From Podarcis muralis (taxonomy: Eukaryota), in contig NC_135666.1 in assembly GCF_964188315.1 (NCBI RefSeq), positions 29,701,424 to 29,762,000 on the forward strand: a stretch of DNA of 60,577 nucleotides, in the 5' to 3' direction. Below the pieces are notes generated by a model. It was not told where the DNA came from and ran no database searches. It saw nothing but the letters and a program-made list of their open reading frames with translations. This document shows positions 12,165 to 22,692 of this stretch, piece after piece (position 1 is the first letter of the stretch; every line of letters starts with the position of its first letter). The translations under genes and the position numbers were made by a program.

Positions 12165-12204
<40 letters not shown>
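12164..12204. repeat. (AAT)n microsatellite
   Basis: Seen directly. Similar tracts at ~22634-22690 (ATT)n and ~26644-26701 (AAT)n. Confidence 0.95.
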
Positions 12205-12206
<2 letters not shown>

Positions 12207-13944
12207 GTGGTGGCGGCTGTTTAAATGCATCAGGGAAATGCATGGGGAAATAAATGTAGAGAGAAAAGGTTGCGATTGCCTTTAGGATCAGATGATCCTC
12301 TGCCCCGGTTTTTGCTGGTGCGCAATTGGTCGGGGCCTCTCACAGCGCGCAAGGTGAGCGTCCATAAGGATAGTCCAGGATTCCATACTAATTCGGTAAT
12401 GGATTGTTTCAATGCCCGTAAAGCAGATTCTCCGCAGTTCCTGGGCCCTGAACCCCGTTGGACTGATGTATATACTTAGAAAGTCGTGCTTGAGACCCAT
12501 TCGCCAAGCGTTTAGTCCGGGATGCGTTCTAGGACGAAACATAACTCGATTGCGTGGAGTGCAAGTGGAAGGGCGGAAACCGGTCTTAGTTGGATTCTTG
12601 CTCGCGAGTAAAGTGTAGGATTCCAGGCAAGCGCCTCCAGGCAAGTTATTGGCACGTTTCAGAGGAATCAGTCGAGCTTAGCACTTCCTCGCTGGATGGG
12701 ACCAGGGTTTTAATGAAAAAGTGTCGGTCCAACTAACAGTTCTGTAGACCAGGCTGCTAGTCTCATTCATTTCACGTGACTCTAACTACATTCCCCCATG
12801 GATGGGATGCTGATGTTTTTCCCAATGGGGCGCATTCTCAAAAATGCACAGTAAGGCAGTTCAGGGTTGTTATGCGAGTTCCATTGAAATTAATGTTCGC
12901 TGGTAATTTTATGCTGGGGAGGGAGTCTCCATCCAACTGGACTTCAAATTTAAACAATAAAGAGCTCTTTAAAAAATAAAAGTTGGTCCATAAATGGGGA
13001 GTGAGGGGACATAGGGACCCATCAAAATGACAAAAAAGTGTGTCTAGCTGGCAAGTTATCAACACAAAAAGTTGTGGCTGGAGCGCAAATTTGGTGAAGG
13101 GTAGTCTACAGATTGTTGAGATAAAATATGTCACGGGTTATGCTGCATTGGCTCTCCAGCCCAAATAATGGCAAGATGCAAGGAGAATCTAGGACTGCAT
13201 TCTTAATAACCCATAGAAGTGAGTGGAGAGAGGGGGGATTCCCAGTGCCTTCACACAAGCCAGGACTAAGCATGTTACAAATTAAGCATGTTGCAACTTT
13301 GAATAAAAGATCCAACTTGTTTAACTTCACTGGCCTCTATGACTTTCATTAAAGTGGAGAAGCGGGATTAGCCTATTGCAGAAGCAAAAACAACAATGCA
13401 CACACGCACACACCACGTGTGGCCAGATGAGCATGAAATGCCACTGAATTTTCTTTTCAGAGCTCCTATGTATACAAAGCAAGCACAGACTCCTTGGCAG
13501 ATAACACATTCTCCCCAGCTTTGCTATGCTAATACAACACCTAGGGTGCAAGAGTTTAAGTTGCATGGAATCCTTTTGTTTCCATTTGTTTAGGGCGCCT
13601 GCTGTAGCTGACATAAGAGCAACCTTCTGGAGTTAAGGTTTCCAAGTGAGGTAGCTGAGTTAGTCTATTGCAAGGAGAACAATAGAGAGTCTTGTGGAAC
13701 CTTAAGCTAAAGTCCACTTTATCCAATGCAGTTGGCGCTGGAGACATGAGCAAGTTGGAGTTCAATGGCAGTGAAATGCAAATCCTACCATCCGTGGCAA
13801 TTCAATTAGCGCTTAAATGCATGCAGAACAATCAATTCAACTAGAGCTTCAATGAATGCAAAATAAGGACAGTGGCCTCTCACAAAAGCAGTGGTTGACA
13901 CAGTCACCTTAGCATTGCCTCTGTCTGGACCTCAAATAATAATT

Positions 13945-14600
13945 TATTAAATTTGTATATCACCCTTCATCCAAAGGTCACAGCATAAAGCTACGAGATC
14001 AAAACACAAAATACTTAATATAGCAAGAACAAGAACAAACCAATAACACACCTCAGCACATTTAAAGGGAAATAGGGTGCTAATTGAAGGGATGCAGGTG
14101 GTGCTGTGGGTTAAACCACAGAGCCTAGGGGTTGCCGATCGGAAGGTCGGTGGTTTGAATCCCCGCGACAGGGTGAGCTCCCGTTGTTCGGTCCCTGCTC
14201 CTGCCAACCTAGCAGTTCGAAAGCACGTCAAAGTGCAAGTAGATAAATAGGCAGCACTCTGGCGGGAAGGTAAATGGCGTTTCTGTGCGCTGCTCTGGTT
14301 TGCAAGAAGCGGCTTAGTCATGTTGGCCACATGACCTGGAAGCTGTACGCCGGCTCCCTCAGCCAATAAAGCGAGATGAGCGCCGCAACCCCAGAGTCAG
14401 CTACGACTGGACCTAATTGTCAGGGGCCCTTTACCTTTACCTAGGGTGCTAATCAGCCACAGACCTGGTTGGAGAGAAACTTTTTCCCCCGCCTGGTGCC
14501 TAAATATATTTAATGAAGGTGCCAGGGAAGTCTCCCTGGGGAGAGCATTCCATAAGCAAGGAGCCACTGCAGAAATGGCCTGTTTTGGTGTTGCCACCCT
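13945..14600 (-). mobile_element. L2 LINE 3' fragment interrupted by a Sauria SINE
   Basis: ORF 14597-14397 begins ATPKQAISAVAPCLWNALPRETSLAPSLNIFRHQA (L2 motif). The tail ATTTATTAAATTTGTATATCACCCTT lies at ~13945-13970. Confidence 0.7.
14085..14441 (+). mobile_element. Sauria SINE (Squam1), full length
   Basis: Same head and tail as 3376-3731; 12-bp TSD TAGGGTGCTAAT (14073-14084 / 14442-14453). Confidence 0.93.
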
Positions 14601-14744
14601 CCGGACCTCTCATGGATGAGGCACATGAAGAAGGGCCTCCAGTGATGATCACAAGTTCCAGCTCAGTTCATATGGGGAAATAAATGAACTAAACTTATTG
14701 ATAAGGAGTTTTGTTCAGCTGTTGGAATGGAAGGTGGTTTATTG

Positions 14745-14870
14745 GTTTGTTGGGGGGGCTGTTCTTGTTTTAATTATGTGTTTTGTGTTTTTTATATTGT
14801 ATTTTTCTGTTGTGAACAGCCCTGAGGTCTACAGATGAAGGGAGGTGTACAAATTTAATAAATAAACAAA
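14745..14870 (+). mobile_element. L2-type 3' tail
   Basis: T-rich stretch then TTGTGAACAGCCCTGAG..GATGAAGGGAGGTGTACAAATTTAATAAATAAA. A reverse-orientation relative lies at ~16390-16460. Confidence 0.5.
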
Positions 14871-15659
14871 ATTTAAAAATGATGCTTTGGACTGTGAAAC
14901 CTGAATACGTAGTCTTGGCTCTCAATTTAATTCACTTGGTAAACCAGAAATACAGTTGACTGTCTTAATGCCTCTAACTCTTGAAAAGTAAAACAATTGC
15001 TTTCTGGGACTGGATTATTACCTAATATAGCTAACTAGGATCTCCAGTTCTATGAAAAACACATATATATATGTATACATTTATTTCACACCCTTTTCCC
15101 TAAGAAGGAATCAAGGTAGATTACACACACAAAGAATAACACATAATAAACAATCAACAAGCCAGCAACTGAATAAAACAACAATTATGCAGTAAACAAA
15201 CACTGCGATAATCCCATCATTATTTCAACTGCGCAAATGCAAGTTCAGTTTATTTCAGCAGGACTCCCAAGTAAGTAGGAATCCTGTAGTCCCATCACAT
15301 CTATGTGTGAGCAAACACCAATGAAATCAATGGAATCTACTTTTGAGATAACACCTACAATCTAGCTGCTAGTCCCTTTGAAGTCAATAGGACACGGTTC
15401 AGCTTCAACCAAATCCACAGAATTTGTGACCTGTCAATTCAAACACACCCTCCCAGAGACCCAATAAGTATGTGTTTTCGTTACCTGCTTGGGATTGCAG
15501 GAAAAAAAGGGAGGACAAGTGCCCATCAAGCCAGGATGCATGGCTAGTGAGCTGTGTGGAACAAGTTATGCAAGCCTTAGTTGCAGACCATGTCTGTGAA
15601 CTGGAAGATTTCTAGTCCTTACATTTCACCCTGCTGTTCTGCAGAGGAGCTTGGGACAT

Positions 15660-15830
15660 CCATGTCTCTCCCTTTGTGCTCATAACAGCTCTGTGAAGTA
15701 GGATAGGTGGACAGCTAGTGATTGGCCCAATAACACATAGGAACAGCTGTGCACAAATAGAGATTTGAACCTAGGTTTTCCCAGACACTCTGGAAGCTAT
15801 ACCACACTGGCTCTCAGAGGCTTGCTGTGA
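15660..15830 (-). mobile_element. Degraded MIR/CORE-like SINE
   Basis: ACAGCTCTGTGAAGTAGG..GTGATTGGCCCAA..GATTTGAACCTAGG..TATACCACACTGGCTCT, similar to 4030-4225. Confidence 0.5.
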
Positions 15831-16699
15831 GGACCAGTGAAGTGGGAGTTACAGGGCATTTTGAAGGCTGGCTCCATTAAACTTCACCAAAAATCAAAAC
15901 ACCAGCATCTGAAGCACATTTTCTAGGACAGAGTTTGTCCCCACCCGATCTTAGTGAGAATTTGCTTTGCCAGTTTTCCAAGTGAGAAAAGCTGCATGGA
16001 AACAAGGGGTTATTGTTTTTTAATGTGTATATGATTGCTCCAACTTTTATGATTTATTAGAATGAGGAAATCTATATATGAAGTATGGTAATTCTTCACA
16101 CTTCATGTGAGGAAACCCACCAAAAGTGTGCAATATTTCAGCACGCGTATTCTTAAATGCCATTTGCCAAGATTCTGAGACTATAGAAGTGATGGGAGGT
16201 TTCCTTTTATATTATTCCCCCAGAGACTGTTCAGAAGTCACGTGGCACACCTATGTTACTCAAGCTAAGCAAGGGTAGCCTTGGTTATTCCTGAATGGGG
16301 AGACTACCTGGGAACCACACACATACACAATGCTCTGAGCTCCTTGGATGATGAAGAATATGGTACCAATGTAGTAACAAGAACTACTATTCTTTATTAA
16401 ATTGATATACTGCCCTTCGTCCAAGGATCACAGGGCGGTTCACCATATAAAAACAGAAACATGCACAACAGTGTGCTTTGTTGTGGTTTTAAAGGCATTT
16501 TTGAAGTCCACCCAGATCTTACCACCACCAAGATACTCAGAGGCCAATTAAGAGTGTGATCCTATGCATGTGTCCAATAGGGTTTACTCCCAAGTCTCAG
16601 TGCTCCCCAGGAAGGAGGCTGCAGGGACTTAGGGACTAGCTGTGAAGGAGGTCTGCTGGTGGGACGACACATGGAAAACTGCTGGGGGGAGCTAAGCAT

Positions 16700-16890
16700 G
16701 AAGCGAAGGGCTCAGTGCCAGAGCACATGCTTTGCCTGCAAAAGGTCCCATGTTCAATTCCTGGTATCTCCAGGTGGGTCTGGGAGAGACTCATGCCTGC
16801 AACCCTGGAGAGCTATAGCCAGTCTGTATTGGCAATGGTGGGCTATAGATGGACTAAAGGTCTCACTCGGTATATGGCAACTTCCTATGT
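16700..16890 (+). mobile_element. tRNA-derived squamate SINE (Squam3-like)
   Basis: GCTCAGTG..AGAGCACATGCTTTGC..AAGGTCCC..GTTCAATTCCTGG..CCCTGGAGAGC..GGCAACTTCCTATG. Same family at 17362-17683, 19621-19820 and as a 3' fragment at ~655-695. Confidence 0.7.
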
Positions 16891-17361
16891 CAACAGTGAA
16901 TTGGAAGCATGTCAGGGTGTAGGCATGGTTGCACCAGGTTCAAAGCTCCCCCCGCCCCCATACATTCCCTGGACAAGCCCAATGGATCAGCAGAATGGTA
17001 TGACAAAATGGCAGGGCAATGGATACAGCAATAAAAAAATAAGGTTGGGTTGCTCTCCCCTAGCACTATTGCCTATTGCGGTAAGCAGAATTACTTGCCT
17101 GGTCTATCTTTGGTAGTGGCTCAGCAGCGACAATGCTGAGTGATTTGCTCCGACAGAATAGATGCTTTTTCAAAGAGCCACCAATCTGGACATTTGTAGT
17201 CACACTGCATTCCCTCTCTGTTTGTTCATGGAGCTCTACCTATTTCTCTTCCTTTAACCTAACCCTTATGCTTGAGAAACGAAGACCACCCTGTTATGCT
17301 ATTCTATATTAAAGGTGAAAAGATACTCCCACTTCCAAAATAATATACAACTCTGAGCCCT

Positions 17362-17683
17362 GGGGAAAGGTTGTAGCTTAACAGCAGAGCACATGCAGAA
17401 TGTACCAAATTCAGTTCCTGGCATCTCCAGGAAATGCTGAGAAATATTTCCTGTCGGAAGAGCAACGGTCTGTCGGTGTAGACCACCTTTTCAGACTCAG
17501 GACCCACTTTTCATGCAAACATGCACCCTTTTCTCAACCTTGTACCATATATTTGCATGGTGGTAGAGCTCCTGTTGCGACCCACCTTGGATCAGGCAGA
17601 GACCCACCAGTTGAAGACCAATGATGTGGACAATACGGACCTTAGATGGATTGATGGTCTGAATCAGCATAAGGCTATGTTTC
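17362..17683 (+). mobile_element. Squam3-like SINE with internal insertion
   Basis: Head at 17362-17480 and tail at ~17615-17683, separated by an unrelated ~130-nt piece. Confidence 0.55.
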
Positions 17684-18147
17684 TGGGTGTCATCTGGGTC
17701 CAGGGATCAAATGAATGACACGATGCCATCCACAAAGTGTTCAGGGCAATCCTTGATGGGTTGCAACCCTAACCTATCACAGCTCTAATTTATTTACAGT
17801 TTTGGCTAGGCAGCTGCTGTTCTTCAAAAGCATGAAGACGACTGCTTTGGATTCTTTTGTTTTGTTTCTTAAAACAAAGTTACCTCTTGAATGTTCAAGT
17901 GCTATTGCCCTGGTTTATGCATTTGTAGCAGAACGAGATGGCACCATGCTGGGGTGGTAGGATGGAGAGCTTGACATAAGGAAGTATGCAGAAACCTGAC
18001 CCACCCCCCACCCCCGCCACACAAACACACCTGCAGTCTGAAATAGTAGTACAGTCCACTCTACCACCTCAGCATTCTTCCCCCTGTTCTCCTGCATGTG
18101 ACCGCACTGAGTTAAACATTGCCTCCTGTGATGAGCTCACCTATGGG

Positions 18148-18288
18148 GTCATAGAATTGTAAAGTTGGGTCGGACCACGAGGGTCCTCTTAGTCCAACTC
18201 TCTGCAGCACAGAAATGTTTTGCCCAATGTTGGGCTAAAACCCATGACCCTGAGATTAAAAGTCTTGTGCTCTACTGACTGAGCTATA
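18148..18288 (-). mobile_element. tRNA-headed SINE with CR1 tail
   Basis: Reverse complement ATAGCTCAGTCAGTAGAGCACAAGACTTTTAATCTCAGGGTCATGGG (tRNA-Lys-like) ... CAACTTTACAATTCTATG. Confidence 0.7.
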
Positions 18289-18319
18289 GATCTTAGGGAA
18301 TTGTCCATGAATGCCTCAC

Positions 18320-18362
<43 letters not shown>

Positions 18363-18643
18363 CCACAATCAATCAGTGAGGAACATATTGCTACTAACCT
18401 GACAGGAAATAATTCCTATTTCAGGGATGGCGAACCTTGACTCAGAGGCCAGATGTGGCCCCCCCAGTTCTTTCTCTCTGGCCCTTGGGACCTTTCCCAC
18501 GCTTTCACCTGGCTGAAATATATCTTTGAACTCTAATCATGCCTCTGGCTTGTCTGGTTGGAGCCTAGGGAGAGCTGTGAGAGTGTCTACCGCGCAGACA
18601 ACTTTGCATTTATTACTCCTTCTGCTTTTGCTGATGGCGCCAT

Positions 18644-18839
18644 CATAGGAGCCAACTCCTAGGGGGTGGAGCCGAGAGGTCTTCACACACACCTATAAAA
18701 TATTTGAGGGGTCTCTTCCCCCCCCCAGTTCATGGGCATTGCCATTCAAATGGTGTCTGTGCACTGTGTCATGTGATTGATTAAGTAGGGCAGGGCTTAC
18801 TCGGGCCCACCCCAATATTTTATTCAAGTTGGCACCTCT
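18644..18839 (+). mobile_element. Same DNA-transposon-like family, copy 2
   Basis: Ends CATAGGAGCCAACTCC ... CAAGTTGGCACCTCTG; internal similarity to the other three copies. Confidence 0.65.
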
Positions 18840-19128
18840 GGGTGCCATCCACTACTGGCACATGGACCCCAGAAGAGGAAGTGTCCCCACTCTGGTCCTC
18901 TTTGCTTGCCTTGACCCACCCCAGGACTCATCTGCTCCCTTTTCTCACTTTCTCTGAGCTCCTGAGCAGGCAGGTACAAACGTGTGGAAGATATGGCTGC
19001 TTTCTAGAGATGAAGTGGTTGTTGTTTTGGTCCCTGCTGCTTTTTGAATGCATTTTATTTTTTTTGGTTAAAGTATATCTAGGCCCCAGAGGGGTTCCCC
19101 CTGAAATTACTGATTGTACTGCTGAGAT

Positions 19129-19380
19129 CAGGGGTCAGCAAACTTTTTCAGCAGGGGGCCGGTCCACTGTTCCTCAGACCTTGTGGGGGGCCGGACTATA
19201 TTTTGAAAAAATAATAATGAATGAATTCCTATGCCCCACAAATAACCCAGAGATGCATGTTAAATGAAAGCACACATTCTACTCATGTAAAAATATGCTG
19301 ATTCCTGGACAGTCCGCAGGCCAGATTTAGAAGGCGATTGGGCCGGATCCAGCCCCCAGGCCTTAGTTTGTCTACCCATG
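19129..19380. mobile_element. hAT-type MITE
   Basis: CAGGGGTCAGCAAACT left end, GGGCCGGAT..AGTTTGTCTACCCATG right end, 8-bp TSD GCTGAGAT/GGTGTGAT (6/8 match). Confidence 0.75.
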
Positions 19381-19620
19381 GGTGTGATGTTCAAATTGTG
19401 GGGTGCTCTCACATGGTAAGGATGCTGGTCAACTGCAGGAGGACTGGGGAGGGTCAAGAGTATTGGGATTCTACGAGAAGCGACCCTGTGCTAGTGGGAG
19501 ACAAATAGGAAAGGGGTGGAAGGAATACTCCTGGGAGCGTCTCTGTCTCTCTTGCATAACTTTGCAATGTATTGTTTGGAGCAGTGCCTGCAGAAGCCAG
19601 GCCCTTGCCTCTTTCTCAAT

Positions 19621-19820
19621 GGGGGAAGCGCCATAAGGTCAGTGGCAGAGCATCTGCTATGCATGCAGAAGGTCCCAGGCTCAATCCCCAGCATCTCTTG
19701 ATAGGACTGGAAGAGAGTCCTAGCCTGAGGCCCTGGAGAGTCACCACCAGTCAGTTTACTGTAGACAATACTAAGCCAGATCGGCCAATGATCTTAGTTG
19801 GAAAAAGGCAACTTCCTATG
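19621..19820 (+). mobile_element. Squam3-like SINE
   Basis: TCAGTGGCAGAGCATCTGCTATGCATGCAGAAGGTCCCAGGCTCAATCCCCAGCATCTC ... GGCAACTTCCTATG. Confidence 0.75.
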
Positions 19821-20613
19821 CACCTGTGTTCTCACCTGGCCCTCCTCCTCCTCCTTCTTCCAGCCCTGCCATTTTTCTCTTAGCTGGCTGGACTTGAGGA
19901 ACTCTTAACTTTCCATGCAGTAGTCCCTCTTGGACAACAGGCATTGCTAAGTGACTCCATACATATCCCCTGACTCCCCTTCCTATTTTCAATGGTTATC
20001 ACAAGTTGTTCTAAGGAATGGGTTCTATCCTTTGGATCAGACACCTTGCTACCCACTTTATAAGGCTTGTCTTCTAGTATCTGAAGGGTCCTCATGCAAA
20101 AGATGGAGCTGGTTTGCTCCTTGCTGCTTCGGAGGGCAGGAATGGAATCAGTGGGTGAGGAAGTGCAGGGAGGCAGATTTTGCCTACACGTTAGGAGAAA
20201 CTTCCCTAAGGTTAAGTTAGAGCTGTTCGACAGTGGAAAAGGCTGTGGAGGAGACTCTCCTTTCCTAGGGGCATTTAAGCACCTGCCAGGGATGCTGTCG
20301 TGCCAACCCTAGATCACTGCTTGAGTTACGGGGAAGGGGATCAGAACCTTGATCCATCTAGTTCCATGTTTTCTGCACTGACTGGCAGCGGATCTCCAGA
20401 GCCTGAGACCAAAATGAATCTGGGGTCTTTACATGCTGAGCTACAAGTCCTTCCCCAAAGGAACAGCTTGGGAGAGCAATTTTGCTATTCTCTGTTGTTA
20501 TTGACTTATTTGCCTGGTTGGAAATCCCTCGCCAAGTTCGCTCGCTCGCTGGTCTTCTCTCCTCCCCATCCAACCTCTGCGCTTCGAAGATTGATAGGCC
20601 TTTTCCAGCGTGG

Positions 20614-20615
<2 letters not shown>

Positions 20616-20685
<70 letters not shown>
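20616..20685. repeat. (CT)n microsatellite
   Basis: Seen directly. Others at ~34805-34866 (GA)n and ~36737-36787 (CT)n. Confidence 0.95.
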
Positions 20686-20689
<4 letters not shown>

Positions 20690-21142
20690 CCCCCTGAAGC
20701 TGTCGACATCTGCAAATTAATACTACTAATTACCCCTCAGTGGAGACTAACCAGATCCTTCTTGATTGGATTTTGACTGCTGTAATTTGGAGCTGCGGCG
20801 GTAAGGCCGGAGTCTGCGCAACATAAACCCGCTGGTGGTGACGACTGCCTGCTTTTCACGCTTTTTAAAAGGACAGGGTGTGGAGAAGGAGATTTATCAA
20901 TTTTCGTGCAACCTCGCTCGAGCAGCGCTGCTGGGTTAGGGCGGTTTGCGGAAATCAGGCGAAAGGCGGCTTAAACCTGCGATCACCGTCGCTCTTTCTA
21001 GCCCACGGAAAGGCTTGGAAGATGCTTTCTACACAACTCGACGGGGGGGCGGTGAACCCTACAGAAGGAGGGAGAGATGAAGATACAGGACTTGGGGCTG
21101 TGGTTCTTGCATTCTCCTGAGTACTGTCCTTGGACTAAACCC

Positions 21143-21918
21143 CATAGGAGCCAGTGGGGTGGACTTAATTCCAGGGTAGCCAACGTTGTATAGGAGCCAA
21201 CTCCTAGGGCCCCAGGTCCCTTCGGTCCCACCAATAAAATATTTGAGGGGTCCAGCCCTCCCCCCAAGTTGATGGGCATTGTCATTCAAATGGTGTGTGC
21301 CGTGTCTTGCGATAGATTTTGAGGAGCGGGGCTTAAACCCCCCCCCCCAATATTTTATTCAAGTTGGCACCCTTGCAACGTGGTGCCCTCCATATGCTGT
21401 TGGATTAAAACTCCTATCAGCCCCGACCAGCCGCCAGGACTGCTGGGAATCTCAGTTCAACAACAACATGACTATCTCCACTTTCATGACTCATAGGATC
21501 GGGACACAAGAGGATGCTTTAGATTAGAAAAGGCAGGTCATTGGTCTGCCTAGTTCTGTATTGTGGGTCCTGGCTGGAAAATGGCTCTTAATTAAGAGTT
21601 TCAGGCAGGAGCCTGGCGACTGAACCCGGGGACCCTTTTGGCACTCAGAGCACGTGCTCTGCCCCATTCCCTTGGACTGCACATCGGGGCGTCGTCACGG
21701 CCACGTGGGCTTGCGTGCAGAGGCCATGCTCGGCTATGCATTTCTATCTGGTGGCAAGGGTTCCAACTTGAATAAAATATTGGGGGGGGGGGGCAGATAA
21801 GCCCCACCCCTCATAATCGATCACACGACGCGGTGCATGCACACAATGTAAACAGCAATGCCAATCAAGTTCGGGGTGGTTCGGCCTCCACAAATATTTT
21901 ATGGAGTTGGTTCCTATG
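21143..21918. mobile_element. Same family, copies 3 and 4 in inverted orientation (fold-back arrangement)
   Basis: Arms 21189-21378 and 21750-21918 are mutual reverse complements at both ends. Confidence 0.6.
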
Positions 21919-22635
21919 TCTGATGTCAAGTCCCACGGGGAATATTACGTAGGATCACTCTGCACAAATTCGCGGTAGAATTGAGCGGCTCCCTTTCCAG
22001 AGAATCGCAAGGAAACAGCGCTATAAATAAATTCGCTTCGAAATGGGACAGATCACAGTCTTGAGCTAGATTTCCTCTATTGCCCTTTAAAGCACAAACT
22101 TCCTCCCCAAACCAATCCCTTGGCAGGTTCAACTAGCCAATCCTCGATTATAGTCTTTCTTTCTTTCTTTTTTGGGGGGGGAGAACCGCACTGACACAGG
22201 AATGTCACATAAAACAGACCTCCCCACCTAAGGAGCTCATGAGTCGCATTTACAACGCTAGCTGAGATTATAATCTCGACAGATCAGCCGTTTCTAAATG
22301 CTTGCGTCCAGTCAGATGTCGATGCATTTGGGTCTTGAGAAAGAGACAGGGAGCCTCAGCTAAGGAATAAAATAATTAAGGCTGCAACCCCAACCCCTCT
22401 TGCTTGGGAGTAAACCCCATTGACTGCAGTAGGACTTACTTCCGAGTAGACATGGGACTAACGCGGGGATAGAATATGAGATCTTTAACAGGGTCCGCCA
22501 CGTCTTCTGCGGTTTGGGAAGAAGAGTGCTGTGTAAGTCGCAAGTCTACGCAGCAGTATATATTTACACCAATCCCTACCTGGACCGAAGGATAATTCTC
22601 AGTTGTCTACATTTATCCGGCAGATCCATGTCTTC

Positions 22636-22692
<57 letters not shown>

